A stretch of 64,000 bases of DNA from Candidatus Dojkabacteria bacterium. GTDB lineage: Bacteria > Patescibacteriota > Dojkabacteria > B142 > OLB20. Under the pieces are notes generated by a model that was not told the origin of the DNA, did not search any database, and saw only the letters and a list, made by a program, of their open reading frames with translations. Location of the stretch: contig CP129475.1 in the NCBI GenBank assembly GCA_030583785.1, positions 914,209-978,208 of the forward strand, read 5' to 3'. The position numbers were made by a program, and so were the translations under genes. Positions 47,301 to 56,384 of this stretch are shown here, piece by piece. The first letter of the stretch is position 1. The number at the start of each line of letters is the position of its first letter.

Positions 47301-47442
47301 TATCATCGAACCAAGTTGAGGCGCTTGTAGCATCGGGGTTAACAAGAATAACAATAATCGGGACAAACAGAATGAGCACACTGAGGCAAATTACCAGCAA
47401 ACGGGAATACAAAACTTTAAGAAAAAACTTCTTCAATTTCAT
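41326..47442 (-). CDS. Giant (2038 aa) surface protein with an N-terminal TM/signal anchor and about 8 LamG/ConA-like lectin repeats
   Basis: The FDGTNDY...SxSAWVK module recurs (FDGTNDYFAIDGS; FDGTNDYVNFNHN...TVSAWVK; FDGTNDYISVPDN...SIATWFK; FDGTNDYATTSTS...TLSTWVK). N-terminal hydrophobic segment LLVICLSVLILFVPIIVILV. Confidence 0.75.
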   Translation of the reverse strand: MKLKKFFLKVLYSRLLVICLSVLILFVPIIVILVNPDATSASTWFDDSWAYRREVDISGNTALLTNFQVKITAVNTQTLFNEGKLQFNCQDIRFVDRAGNLLPYWIVDKDLACGDSTSTDFWVRMPRVEVGGTKIYMYYGNQLANAYSSGANTFNFFSDLSIQQAPWYNSAWGLRQKFTIAKEMVRASTLTDFPVYLDLSLLGTEFFDRVDADGDDIVITAADGVTKLNRELVSLNTSTDTGKLWFLAPTLSATDDNHFYIYYANSSASETNSTAVWSGSYRLVQHMNQDPSGSAPQLLDSSGSANNATMSGSMLSSASVEGIVGNGIDFDGTNDYFAIDGSATLDLQQLSISAWVKLDDTTKNMLIFEKSATNAVNTQYSCFIEGSNQLILFRTVNASSVLHSQSFSIAGGVLKPGVWTHIACVYNGSSKNIYINGNLVDTTAYSQTLRTNPTGASRIGAHLSNGYYFDGVMDEVRVASTGLSRGWINTEIENQKSLNKYIKVESSENHKSSDKTISGFELNGNIQINNNGTITLSDASNTIGLVSNSTFATSSRVLFRASQSSNTLDIARLGFSNRTFANNFNADDSAYFSFTSASGNWIRNTSNEGTTTTTAGSIAENTVARVFEIAWRTGNTDFIVDNTSAGALTTNVPDENMYLRFETSNTSDSVVLDWIAVGQHATSIPTTVVVGSEVKSEGPLLWLKLDETEGQILKNHGTAGSKLDGYLGTAPYVTTSDPLRVNQCVSGNCLKLDGVNDIFQVDHHDLLNMGTGDFTVSMWILANDQQGGATNYATLFIKTSNPSTPYQGMTAFIDTPFVSPVGKTIFRVSNANELETNASALDDSRWRHYVFMRESNVLKIFINGVLDNSLAISSLDINNTAPLRFGSNHLSVTSQNYDGFMDEIKLYDRAITTDEVLKEYNSYSQVLGTSNNEDRSGLLAWWKFDEGLWNGTANQVIDASGNNFHGTATGGAVVTGNSIYGNSGSFDGTNDYVNFNHNALNFGANDSFTVSAWVKANNPTSGTIRTAVQRYNTGTTYPYVLKLHSDNTWQFAIWDGSNNPTASSSNNVNSDWHHLVGVRDKAKGTLSLYLDGVLVSEVADTTTGSISNAASTKVGIQTTTNIAPWNGLIDDVRIYRTALDKKAVEDLYSFQPDAIAHWKLDEKEGTTANDSSLNNLHGTLQNMSGNEWQEGKISKSLRFDGTNDYISVPDNDLLDVAAGGSFSIATWFKTDGTVSSDSLLVGKGGLGNSIGYSLYLDSTGKVVCGIDDDAISFPEDSVVSTAEYDDSEWHHALCVKRNTKLQLFVNGQRAGPDDTTLSSTGALYNNSSLFIGGSDIGNEFSGQIDDIRFFNYAVSSFSKIADFDYIFSSINEDLLRHYKFEEQSYSNITGEVMDTSKTFNGTGVSGATTSSTSIVGNRSVSLNGTTSYVNAGSFNSTLKSFSIWINPTTTANDRRIFGALSGSTSNFALAFFSNKINAWTGASWVEISNSTIPTNQWSHIVILLGNSNTKLYINGVLDKTTTTTFSNFATTFGIGNKYLNSWGFNFSGYIDDFRAYSKILTDDEIISLNDLKDIPESTDFLNLTQSTEKQTTQDLAVHYKLDSKSGVTAVDSSTNAANGTLNNTTDANWVRGKVGGAINLNGSDQYVSTADSSLFDWSNQITVSAWFKTSTAAQRSLVAKMAGANAYEFHLSVEADGRVRCWMSTNGTTPSTLAYSLTGQNYVNGEWNFATCVYNGSNIRVTVNGLPGTAVNFTGNIHNGAQPLTIGGNPSWGGSWMFNGSIDNVKIWKRALTVREIALEYNGGAPTGYWKFDEGSGTTAFDHSGNGLHATLLNTTPSTAWLAPTNCKYNGCHEFDGTNDYATTSTSAYLNPPQELTLSTWVKFTKTYVGAGNDLIFGKDFTSHTDPFYHYRLSSVGNYGPDPYRLGFFVKTSTVTVNRSCGTGANYWNSRVGEWMHLVGTYDAQGTLKFYIDGQLICSHTGGGLIANYNTGLNFARYRNVNIYVPVVLDETKHFTYALTEEDVKREYYSNGASLLFK

Positions 47443-47623
47443 AAAACCAGTTTAACCTAAATGAAGTGTTAGATAAAGTGGCGCAATGCAATTATGATAT
47501 AATACCTATATATAATTTAGATAGTATGGAAATATTTATTTGAAGACCGACAAAAGGTTTTTTCTGATGGTTATGTTCTTACTTGGCAAGAAATCGGGTT
47601 AGATATTCCAGAAAGCTAATTTT

Positions 47624-48229
47624 ATGAATCCTGAAATTCTTCAAATCATCAATGATTTATACACTCCCCAAGAGACCATTATCCAAGCCGGGCAATATGG
47701 AAACACTCGTGAGTTGTTATTTCAAATTGAAAATGATTCCTTAGGCATTAGTAGGTTCCGAATATGCGATCGAGAGCTAATATTAAAATTCACTACTCAT
47801 GCTTATACGACAGAAAACGAATTAGGCAGGTGGTTGAATTTCTCCTTAAAAACAAGGGTGACCAATGCTATGGATCATGCCAAGTATCCTTTTGTACCTG
47901 AGAACGGCTACCACCCAGATTTACGGGCAGGTGTTTTCGTCGATTATATAATTTCAATAATGCATGAATTCGGACCATTAAACGGGATAAGAGTGGTATG
48001 GATGGATGTTCCAGGTAAAGATCAGGAATACGGTCGTTATATAGAGAATCGCCAAGGAAGAAATGATTTAAATGCAGCAAATGGCACTTGGACAGCAAAT
48101 TATCTAACTAGGCACAACTATTCTTTATTTTTGGTGAGAGAAACATACGATCAGGTCTATGGTAGCATTGATAAAGTAGAGGCTTACTTTCGATTAGTAG
48201 CTGATGCAGGCATCACCCCAGAGCCCTAA
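47624..48229 (+). CDS. Hypothetical protein (201 aa)
   Basis: ORF with no motif recognised. Its 3' end overlaps the nuclease gene on the opposite strand by 36 nt. Confidence 0.4.
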   Translation: MNPEILQIINDLYTPQETIIQAGQYGNTRELLFQIENDSLGISRFRICDRELILKFTTHAYTTENELGRWLNFSLKTRVTNAMDHAKYPFVPENGYHPDLRAGVFVDYIISIMHEFGPLNGIRVVWMDVPGKDQEYGRYIENRQGRNDLNAANGTWTANYLTRHNYSLFLVRETYDQVYGSIDKVEAYFRLVADAGITPEP

Positions 48230-48739
48230 TCTTTTCTCTCTTGCACTCTTCTCTGCAGATTTAAATCTTTGCTGGTACTTGTAAACAGAGCTATAAGTGT
48301 ACTCACTAGCGTATCCATTGATAATCATTTCTTCGTTGATAAGCCGATCTTCAAGCCAGATGTATAGTAATAGTCTGCCGTATCGATCTGTTTCGCCTTG
48401 CGAAGGGTCAAACTCGATTGAAACATATTGATCAGTGAGTAGCTGTGTCAAAAATGCTGTAGCTTCTTTTCCGAAGCATTCAATTTGTTTTGTTGGATGT
48501 TTTGTTTCTGGCGCATCTATGCCAATCAATCTGATTGTGAAGCTTTCTCCATCGATAGATAGTTTTAAGGTATCACCATCCACGATTCTTTCGACAAGGT
48601 ACTGTTGTGTATGGTCGCTTGTGCCGAGTGTACTTGGTTCAAAGGTTTCTGTTCCTAGAAAGCTAAGGATAAATAGAAGTCCAAACAGAATAAGAGGAGC
48701 AACAACACCAGTCCAAAATCTTTTAGGGCTGATTTTCAT
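48194..48739 (-). CDS. Membrane-anchored thermonuclease (staphylococcal nuclease/SNase homologue)
   Basis: VERIVDGDTLKL...IRLIGIDAPE...CFGKEA...DRYGRLLLYIW...NGYA...GLW matches the SNase catalytic motifs. N-terminal TM anchor. Confidence 0.85.
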   Translation of the reverse strand: MKISPKRFWTGVVAPLILFGLLFILSFLGTETFEPSTLGTSDHTQQYLVERIVDGDTLKLSIDGESFTIRLIGIDAPETKHPTKQIECFGKEATAFLTQLLTDQYVSIEFDPSQGETDRYGRLLLYIWLEDRLINEEMIINGYASEYTYSSVYKYQQRFKSAEKSAREKRLGLWGDACISY

Positions 48740-48772
48740 GTGCAGAAAGGGTATTTACAGATTTATGCAGAG

Positions 48773-48847
48773 CGGGGCCGACGAGGCTCGAACTCGCAAC
48801 CTCTCGCGTGACAGGCGAGTGCTCTAACCAAGTTGAGCTACGGCCCC
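48773..48847 (-). tRNA. tRNA-Asp (anticodon GTC), no encoded CCA
   Basis: Reverse complement GGGGCCGTAGCTCAACTTGGTTAGAGCACTCGCCTGTCACGCGAGAGGTTGCGAGTTCGAGCCTCGTCGGCCCCG, with anticodon loop CTGTCAC. Confidence 0.85.
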
Positions 48848-48933
48848 GCTCTGCATTCTGGCATCTCTCAAAGTCAATGCTTTCGCATTATACCAGAAAT
48901 ATTTCTTGAACTTAATAATTTCTCTATTTTACA

Positions 48934-49016
48934 TGCTGCGGAGAGGACTTGAACCTCCACAGGATTGCTCCCACTACCACCTCAAGGTAGCGCGTCTACC
49001 ATTCCGCCACCGCAGC
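48934..49016 (-). tRNA. tRNA-Leu (anticodon GAG), long variable arm, no encoded CCA
   Basis: Reverse complement GCTGCGGTGGCGGAATGGTAGACGCGCTACCTTGAGGTGGTAGTGGGAGCAATCCTGTGGAGGTTCAAGTCCTCTCCGCAGCA, with anticodon loop TTGAGGT. Confidence 0.8.
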
Positions 49017-49070
49017 AATTTGTAGGCAATTATAACAGACAGTAACTATGCTAGTGAATAGCTAGAGCTA

Positions 49071-50759
49071 TCACTTCTTTTTGGTGAGATAGTATTCAAG
49101 GTACTTTCCAAATAACAGTCTGGTATGTGCTTCAAGTCCGGGAATCGCAACGAGAACCATTCCAACAACGGGTTGAACCACCCATTCGACAATTGAGAAC
49201 AACTTTTTGACGATATTAGTCTTTCCGGGTCGCACTGGTTTTAGGTACTGGTCAAGCAGTATCGAGATAATTAAGAACCAAAGCGTTAATTGAATCATGA
49301 ATGATGAAACTCGTGGCAAGTTTACTCCGGTTGTTGTGGCTGCGAAAGCAGGATTTACAAGTAACGGAATGTTTCCTCCAAACAGGATAATCACAGAAGA
49401 TACCGGTCCGATTATATGATCTGCAATAACATGAAGTCCCCTGTAAAATACAGCGATTGGAATCCTGCCTTGAATGAAAAGTTTGAGTAGATTCTTTAAA
49501 ACCCACCCGTCATCAGAGATCCCCCAAGACCATCTTCTTTCTTGGAAGTAATTGTTCTTGATTGTTTCTAGATGAGTTTCGCCTTCTGCTGCATCTGCCA
49601 TAACTTTTTGATAAATTGGCACCGTAGAAACTTTGTTGCCGAACTTAAATGCAGATTTGAAGAAGATATGAAAATCTTCTGGTGTGATATCTGGCGTCCA
49701 GTAGCCAATTTGGTCAATTAACCAGAACGAAGTCGTATATGTTGAGAACGGAACCAATTTATCTGTCCTGATCAATCTGCCGACATTATAAATTGTAGAC
49801 ATGCTGTTCTTGACTCTGGCATAGAATGGGAGTCTCCAGATATTTGCATACAAAATCATGGCAGCATTAAAGAACTTGAATTCTGCATCTTTTCTGGTCA
49901 AATATTCGTAACTAACATTGGCAAAGTATTGCTCTGGTAGTTGTGAGTCAGCATCACAGCTTGTTACGGTTACTTTTCGTAAATCCCAGCCTAGTTTGTC
50001 GATCATTGTTTTTGCATATTTGCCTGCTGAAGCCATGTTCGATGATTTCCCGACGATTTCATCTTCGGTAAGCTCGTGGCTGTTAATCCAGATATGTTCA
50101 AACTTATCTGCGTAGGCTTCTTTTAGTTGTTCAGATACTTTGACTCCATCTGGATCTCTAGCTTCGGCACCAAGTACAATAGAGATTTGTTTTGACGGAA
50201 AAGTGCCTGAGGCTACTTTTTGAATTGTCTTTTCTAGAACATGGTAGGGTTCCTTCCAATGAGGAATCACAATTATATGATGCAGATCTCGCCAGTTTTG
50301 CAGATCGAGTTTTTGCCTTAGCTCTTTGAGTCTGGATATTTCGGACTTTAAGTAATTCTTAACCTTTAATTTTTCGTTGGCAATAAGTATTCTATGTAAG
50401 AATCTTGGAAATCGTTTGGGTGCAATTGTTTCTGGATCGATCTCTAATTTCTTTTTCTGCGATAGCAGTCGTAGCTGTTCTTCTTTGTTTTTAATAGCAA
50501 CTTCGATGTCATCAAGCTCATGAAGTCTGCCGAGCCAATCAATTTGTTCTGCATGGCGAATTCGTACAAGACTTAAAGCAAAGAATACAGCGAATGAAAT
50601 CGATTTATATAAGAAGTAGACATTAAAAATGATTACAAAGTAGGCAGTAGCAAAAGGGAAAGCAAATCCACCCCAGATAGGAAAAAAGATCAGACTAAAT
50701 GTGATTAACGGTGGAATTTTTTCAAAGACGAGATCGATTCTACTGCGCTTTTTTTTCAT
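49071..50759 (-). CDS. Family 2 glycosyltransferase, processive/cellulose-synthase-like, membrane-embedded
   Basis: The DxD region (SCDADS) and the QERRWSWG (QxxRW) motif are present, with several TM helices at both ends. Confidence 0.7.
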   Translation of the reverse strand: MKKKRSRIDLVFEKIPPLITFSLIFFPIWGGFAFPFATAYFVIIFNVYFLYKSISFAVFFALSLVRIRHAEQIDWLGRLHELDDIEVAIKNKEEQLRLLSQKKKLEIDPETIAPKRFPRFLHRILIANEKLKVKNYLKSEISRLKELRQKLDLQNWRDLHHIIVIPHWKEPYHVLEKTIQKVASGTFPSKQISIVLGAEARDPDGVKVSEQLKEAYADKFEHIWINSHELTEDEIVGKSSNMASAGKYAKTMIDKLGWDLRKVTVTSCDADSQLPEQYFANVSYEYLTRKDAEFKFFNAAMILYANIWRLPFYARVKNSMSTIYNVGRLIRTDKLVPFSTYTTSFWLIDQIGYWTPDITPEDFHIFFKSAFKFGNKVSTVPIYQKVMADAAEGETHLETIKNNYFQERRWSWGISDDGWVLKNLLKLFIQGRIPIAVFYRGLHVIADHIIGPVSSVIILFGGNIPLLVNPAFAATTTGVNLPRVSSFMIQLTLWFLIISILLDQYLKPVRPGKTNIVKKLFSIVEWVVQPVVGMVLVAIPGLEAHTRLLFGKYLEYYLTKKK

Positions 50760-50761
50760 GA

Positions 50762-53122
50762 TTATTTTGTAATCTGCTTGATGTATTCCAAATATTCTTT
50801 AGCAATTTCATCCCAGCAAAACTCTTTGGCTTTGAGATGGTTATTCTTCTTAATTTCTTCTCTATTCTCTTTGTTATTGTAAAAGTATTCAATATGTTTT
50901 CTAAGTTCTTTTCGGTCTCCGAAGTCATAGAGTAAACCATTCTGTCCTTCTTTGATCAAAAACTCTCCACCCTCTGTCCGAGTTGAGATAATCACATTTT
51001 TGCGGGCCATCGCTTCCAAGATGCTAATTCCAAAAGCCTCCCACTGACTGGACATAATAAAGATTTCTGAACTCTCAAGAAGCGCCTGTTTCGTGCTGTC
51101 GTCGGCTTCTGGAAGGAGAATGACATTTTTCTCTAGATTCATTTCTTTAATCAGATTTTCGATATGCTCGAAATAGTCACCTTTTCTGCCGATTGCAATT
51201 AATACTAGATCGGGCAGCTCGTGCAATAAATCTGCTATTGCATATATAACATCTTCAAGACCTTTATACTTCTCAAATCTGCCCACAAAACTGATTACGA
51301 ACTTGCTCTTCAACTTGTATTTCTTCAAGAAGCTGGAATTATCAAAATCCTCTAAATATTCTTTACTTATGCCGTTAGGTAGGTAAAAGATTTTCTTGGG
51401 ATTAATTCTGTACCTTCTTAACCAGCGAATTTGCTGAGGATTGACCTGAATTACTCCTCGGTATAGCCAGTTTAGATATAGTGATTGTAAGGTATTCATA
51501 AACATCCTGATGATTTTTTGGGGGAGAGAATAATCATTTAGAGCCATAAATGGTCCGTGAGGAGTATTGATAAGTACACTTCTCGAAAATATCTTTTTCA
51601 AGATAAGCATGATGTCGTGCCAGATAAATCCAAATCCGTGGACATGTATAAGGTCATACCTGTTTCTGAGAAGATGAATGAGCATTCTTGGATAAATGGT
51701 AGCGTAGTAGTGACGATTAAGTCGTTTGAATCTGCGAATACTGATCCCAGAAAATTCTTCTGTTTCAGGCTGAGGATCTTCGCTTAGGTTGCCTGTAAGC
51801 ACTTCTACTTTGTGACCTGCTTTACTAGCGCGCAATGCAATTTCTAAGCAATTGTTTTCTGCTCCGCCTTTGAACGGATGAAAAAATGTAGAAAGGTAGG
51901 CGATTTTTAATGGTGATATAGTACCTGCGAGTTCGAGCAGTTTTTCTTTGGTTTTTGTTGCGCTTACATTCCAGTCGAATCTTTCAGCAACTTTCAGGCC
52001 TTTTTTAACCATAGTTTTATTTTTTTGCTCGTCTTCGATTATGCTTTGAATTGCTTCGCTGACATCGGTCGGTTCGTCTGGATTAACAAAGGCGGGTGTT
52101 TCGTCAAGAATTTCGGGGTAGCTAGATCTTCTAGGCGCTACAATAGGGACTCCTGCAGCAGCAGCTTCTAACACAGAAAAACCAAAACCTTCGTAGGTCG
52201 ATAGATGCACAAAGACACTGGCGTTTTTTAGAACAATAGGCAAGTGGATTTTATCGACTTCACCGGTAATAATGACATTATGCTTGAGTTTGTTGTCTTC
52301 GATTAACTCCAAAATCTGCTTTGCCGCAGGATTTTGTGGCTTTGGTTTGTTGTCCCAGCCGACTTTAAATTCTTTTCCGGTCAGTACAAGCTTCATATCA
52401 GGGAATCTGGTAATCAGGTTTTTGAAGGCTAGTATTAGCGAAGGTACATTTTTGTTGGATTCAAAGCCACCGTAATAAAGAATGTAGGGTGTAGAGATTT
52501 TGTACATTAATAAAACCCTTCTGACATCTCTTGCATCTGAAGAGATTTTTTTCTGGCGAAAGTTTTCGTCGATTCCTAAGTGAATCCGTTCTGTTTTTTC
52601 TTCCTTAAAACCTGCCTTTTGAATCAGTTCTCTTCTGCTGAAGTCTGAGTTTGTAAGGACAAGATCTGCTTTTTTTGCTTTCTTTAAGTTGTATCTGTAA
52701 AAAATTCCCTTAAGTGCGTTATGCAAAGTTCCTTTTTGTGAATATTTTCCTGTAGCGTAAGGAATCACATCGTGGACCATTACACAGGTTTTTACTATTC
52801 CTATTGGGAGTCCTCTTTCAAAATGGGGCGCAAAATATACATCTAATTTTTCTTGCTTTATTTTGCGCTTAACACGAAGCTTAAACCTGAGAATATTAAG
52901 AGGACTTGAATTTACCGGTTTTCCAAGGGAACAGAAAGAGATTTGTTTATTCTTGTTAACCCCTAGTTTGTTTAGATTGTCTTTTAGATTTTTGTATCCG
53001 AATAAGACCCAAGTGTGATTAGTATCTTCTATCATGCGTGCAATTATTTCGCGAGCATATGTACCAATACCTCTACTTGCATACTGATCAAACAGAAAAG
53101 TTGTGTCAATTCCTATGCGCAT
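50762..53122 (-). CDS. Tandem GT4-family glycosyltransferase (two GT-B modules fused)
   Basis: Two E(x7)E-type C-terminal GT4 signatures: EGFGFSVLEAAAAGVPIVAP and EAFGISILEAMARKNVIIST. Confidence 0.75.
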   Translation of the reverse strand: MRIGIDTTFLFDQYASRGIGTYAREIIARMIEDTNHTWVLFGYKNLKDNLNKLGVNKNKQISFCSLGKPVNSSPLNILRFKLRVKRKIKQEKLDVYFAPHFERGLPIGIVKTCVMVHDVIPYATGKYSQKGTLHNALKGIFYRYNLKKAKKADLVLTNSDFSRRELIQKAGFKEEKTERIHLGIDENFRQKKISSDARDVRRVLLMYKISTPYILYYGGFESNKNVPSLILAFKNLITRFPDMKLVLTGKEFKVGWDNKPKPQNPAAKQILELIEDNKLKHNVIITGEVDKIHLPIVLKNASVFVHLSTYEGFGFSVLEAAAAGVPIVAPRRSSYPEILDETPAFVNPDEPTDVSEAIQSIIEDEQKNKTMVKKGLKVAERFDWNVSATKTKEKLLELAGTISPLKIAYLSTFFHPFKGGAENNCLEIALRASKAGHKVEVLTGNLSEDPQPETEEFSGISIRRFKRLNRHYYATIYPRMLIHLLRNRYDLIHVHGFGFIWHDIMLILKKIFSRSVLINTPHGPFMALNDYSLPQKIIRMFMNTLQSLYLNWLYRGVIQVNPQQIRWLRRYRINPKKIFYLPNGISKEYLEDFDNSSFLKKYKLKSKFVISFVGRFEKYKGLEDVIYAIADLLHELPDLVLIAIGRKGDYFEHIENLIKEMNLEKNVILLPEADDSTKQALLESSEIFIMSSQWEAFGISILEAMARKNVIISTRTEGGEFLIKEGQNGLLYDFGDRKELRKHIEYFYNNKENREEIKKNNHLKAKEFCWDEIAKEYLEYIKQITK

Positions 53123-53165
53123 ATATTTCTTCTGAAGCTGTATTGATTGTACAACGAGCTAATGA

Positions 53166-54224
53166 TTACTCACAACTCATCCTGTTAAGAGAATATAGAT
53201 ATTCAGTCGGGGTGATTTGCAAATCCTCAATGATCTTTGCGTGTTCTTTACCCAGGTAGCGCCAGTGCCAGGGTTCGTATCTATAGCCTGTGATATGTTG
53301 TTTATCTTTAGGATAAGACATTGTGAATCCGTACTTATAAGCATTCTCTTTTAGCCATTTGCCCAGACGGGTGTTTTCATAGGCATCAGATATTGTGAAA
53401 TTGTTTTCTACTGTAAGCAGATCGACTGTTGTGCCAAGATGGTGTTCGCTGAAGCCGGGAAGTGCGGCATAATAATTTGCCTTGTCGCCAATTAGCGAGC
53501 TCCAATAGGAGTGTGCTTTTGTCTGTCCGGAAAAGCTTCTGTATCCGGAACTGATTACAACGCTTATTCCCTGTTGTTGGATATCTTTAATCATTTCTAC
53601 GAGTGCATCAAATGTTTCTGGGGTTACATAGGCGCTTCCATTTTTGTAAACGGGCAAACCTCGGGTTGATCCGTTGATTAGTACTGGAGGTATAAAGTTA
53701 TCTGGGAGCTTATTATATTTGTCTACGACGACTTCGATTGCAAAAGGAAAGACTGTTTCTTTCACGGTTCTGTCGGGATTCTGAAGACAGGTAGAAATAT
53801 TCATTCTGTTAACCGTAAGTTGATGATTGTTGATGTTTCCTACTTCGTCCGTAAGTGAAAGAGTGAGCTTGTTTTCGCCTTCAGAGAGATTGTCTAGTGT
53901 GACAAGGTATCTGAATTGGTTCTTGTTTTCTTCGATAAGTCGTAATGAGTAATTTTCTGTTTCTTTTTCAACTAGAGCCTTATCTGTTGAAAGTTTAAAA
54001 GAAGCATTTGCGTAAAATGTTTCGTTAGGAACTTCTATGCCAAGAATATTCGGGGCTTCCGATACATTGTCTGACTCTGCTGCATAAACTGTTGAGGCAT
54101 TGTAGATTGTTCCTGTTTGAGAACTTTCCGGAGAAGGCAGCGAATATAGAATAAAACCTGCCGAAAAGGAGATTATCCACAGGCAAACAACAATAAGCAA
54201 GTTTTGTATATCCCTTTTCGGCAT
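53166..54224 (-). CDS. Peptidase M15B (VanY-like D-alanyl-D-alanine carboxypeptidase), membrane-anchored
   Basis: SEHHLGTTVDL and EPWHWRY zinc-ligand motifs. N-terminal TM segment. Confidence 0.75.
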   Translation of the reverse strand: MPKRDIQNLLIVVCLWIISFSAGFILYSLPSPESSQTGTIYNASTVYAAESDNVSEAPNILGIEVPNETFYANASFKLSTDKALVEKETENYSLRLIEENKNQFRYLVTLDNLSEGENKLTLSLTDEVGNINNHQLTVNRMNISTCLQNPDRTVKETVFPFAIEVVVDKYNKLPDNFIPPVLINGSTRGLPVYKNGSAYVTPETFDALVEMIKDIQQQGISVVISSGYRSFSGQTKAHSYWSSLIGDKANYYAALPGFSEHHLGTTVDLLTVENNFTISDAYENTRLGKWLKENAYKYGFTMSYPKDKQHITGYRYEPWHWRYLGKEHAKIIEDLQITPTEYLYSLNRMSCE

Positions 54225-54333
54225 TCGCAGTAAAAATCGGATGTTACTAATTGTAAGAAATTGACAGTATTTAGTCCAGATTTATCTGCTTGCTCTCTGT
54301 AAATTGATATAATAAACTTATCGAACTTATTTT

Positions 54334-55314
54334 TTGTTATTTACCATGTCAAAGAACGCAGCTTTATTAATTTTGGTTGTCTTCATGTTTTCGGTTGTTA
54401 TGTGTTTTTGCTGCTTTGTCCTCTTTGCTGTCTCATCTATCGTTAGCGGTGGCTACATTTCAGGTATAGATTCAACTGTTTTATTGGATGGTGATTTTGC
54501 TAATACTGTCGCAGTTATTGATTTAGATGGTGTTATTACAACTGAGCCGCTGGTAGATCTGTTTGGGGCAACTACTACTGATATGACCACAAGTGTGATC
54601 TCTAAAATTGACCACGCCATTAATAACGATGGTATCAAAGGAGTTATTCTACGAGTTGATTCCCCCGGTGGAGAGGTTTATGCAACCAGAATGATTTATA
54701 ACAAGTTAGTTGAACTACAAGAAGCTGGAAAGCCCCTTGTTGTGCTTATGCAGGATGTAGCAGCATCTGGTGGATACTATGTCTCTGCTCCTGCTGATTA
54801 TATCGTGGCATCAGAAATGACTCTTACTGGAAGTATAGGCGTGGTATTTCAGACTACAGATTTAACTGGGCTTTATGACAAGATCGGAATTAAGCAAATA
54901 ACAATTGCAAACTCAGAGGGTGAACTTAAAGTCCTAGAAGACCTTGATGATCCTCAAAGTGATGGGTATAAAGTCTTGCAAGGTGTTGCCGATGATGTGC
55001 AGGATAATTTTATCAATGTTGTTGCTCAAGGGAGAGGATTATCTGTAGATCAAGTTAAGAAAATTGCGGATGCCAGAGTTTTTAGCGGTAAACAGGCGCT
55101 AGAGGCGGGACTTGTTGACGAACTTGGTGAACAATCGGTTGCCTTCGCTCGCATATCCGAGATACTAGAAATCGAAAATCCAAGATTTATTCTTTTGCAA
55201 GATCAAGAGAATAGTTTTAACAGCTTAATGATATCTTTACAAAACTCATTGGCACCTTGGTCCTTGCTTTCTAAGGATAAAGAGTTTAATATTAAATATC
55301 TCCTACACTTATAG
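54334..55314 (+). CDS. sppA: Signal peptide peptidase SppA (S49 family)
   Basis: DSPGGEVYA...LVVLMQDVAASGGYYVSAPADYIVASEMTLTGSIGV matches the S49 catalytic region. N-terminal TM segment. Confidence 0.8.
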   Translation: MLFTMSKNAALLILVVFMFSVVMCFCCFVLFAVSSIVSGGYISGIDSTVLLDGDFANTVAVIDLDGVITTEPLVDLFGATTTDMTTSVISKIDHAINNDGIKGVILRVDSPGGEVYATRMIYNKLVELQEAGKPLVVLMQDVAASGGYYVSAPADYIVASEMTLTGSIGVVFQTTDLTGLYDKIGIKQITIANSEGELKVLEDLDDPQSDGYKVLQGVADDVQDNFINVVAQGRGLSVDQVKKIADARVFSGKQALEAGLVDELGEQSVAFARISEILEIENPRFILLQDQENSFNSLMISLQNSLAPWSLLSKDKEFNIKYLLHL

Positions 55315-55339
55315 TAGTTTCTTAGTCAATTATAAATAT

Positions 55340-55975
55340 ATGACAATTACTGGCTTGCGTAAACTTGTGCGCAGTAGTAGAATAGCAATTCATGTAGATG
55401 GTGAGTATCGTTTCGCTGTTGATCCATCTCTAGTTCTTGAAGAGCAGTTGTTTGTCGGTAAGACTGTCAGCGAAGAAGAGTTAGCGTCTTACCAGCTATC
55501 TGCACAAGAAGCAAAATTGGTTCATCTTAGCCTTGCCTTAATTGCCAGAAGGCCTCGCACAAAGGTAGAACTAGAACGCTATCTTATTGCAAGATTAAAT
55601 CAAGAAGGTATGCCTCAAGAACAGTCTTATGACTTAGTAAAGAAGATAATTGAGAGGTTGACAGACAAGGGTTATATCGACGACAGGGCTTTCTCGAAGC
55701 TATATATTGACTCCTTAATAAAGAGCAAATATTATAGTCCATTGCAGATTAAACAGAAGCTTTTACAAAAAGGAATAGAACTCGAATTAACTAACGAGTT
55801 GTTGTCAGAGAAATACAAGAAAGTGCAGGTCGATAATGTGATTGTTGATTTGATCAAAAAGCAATCTAGGCGCATAAAGGCTCTGTCTAAAGACGATAAA
55901 GACTATACTTTAAGACTAAAAAAATACTTGATACAGAAAGGCTTTCGCTACTCTGATATTGAAAAGAATCTTTAA
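55340..55975 (+). CDS. recX: RecX-family regulatory protein
   Basis: Three-helix repeat pattern (SEEELASYQLS...RSRTKVELERYL...GYIDDRAFSKLYI...LQIKQKLLQKGIE). Confidence 0.6.
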   Translation: MTITGLRKLVRSSRIAIHVDGEYRFAVDPSLVLEEQLFVGKTVSEEELASYQLSAQEAKLVHLSLALIARRPRTKVELERYLIARLNQEGMPQEQSYDLVKKIIERLTDKGYIDDRAFSKLYIDSLIKSKYYSPLQIKQKLLQKGIELELTNELLSEKYKKVQVDNVIVDLIKKQSRRIKALSKDDKDYTLRLKKYLIQKGFRYSDIEKNL

Positions 55976-55992
55976 TTATTAATTGGTGAAAA

Positions 55993-56307
55993 ATGACTAC
56001 TTTTGGAGATCGCGTTAAAGCAGCAAGAGAAGAAGCTAAGCTCTCGCAGTTGCAAGTTGGTGTGGCTCTTGGTGTATCTGATAAAACGATTTCTGGTTAC
56101 GAGTCAGGCAGAATAAGTCCCCCGATTGATAAACTGCATAAGCTGGCAGATTTATTCAAGAAGCCGACGAGTTATTTTTTAGGTACAGATCCTAAGGATT
56201 ACAAAATCAGCTCAAGGTTACGCGCAGTTGAGATCATGCTCAGAGATATTCGTAGAGAACTTCGTGAAATTAAAGCTCTTTCTCAGACTGTAGATTTGGA
56301 TCGCTAA
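55993..56307 (+). CDS. XRE-family HTH transcriptional regulator
   Basis: FGDRVKAAREEAKLSQLQVGVALGVSDKTISGYESGR is a canonical Cro/C1-type HTH. Confidence 0.75.
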   Translation: MTTFGDRVKAAREEAKLSQLQVGVALGVSDKTISGYESGRISPPIDKLHKLADLFKKPTSYFLGTDPKDYKISSRLRAVEIMLRDIRRELREIKALSQTVDLDR

Positions 56308-56384
56308 AGCATTGTGCATAATAGAGCTTTCTGCTACAATCTGAGGTCAATTCAGGTAGGTATAATTAATAGTATAATCAAATC

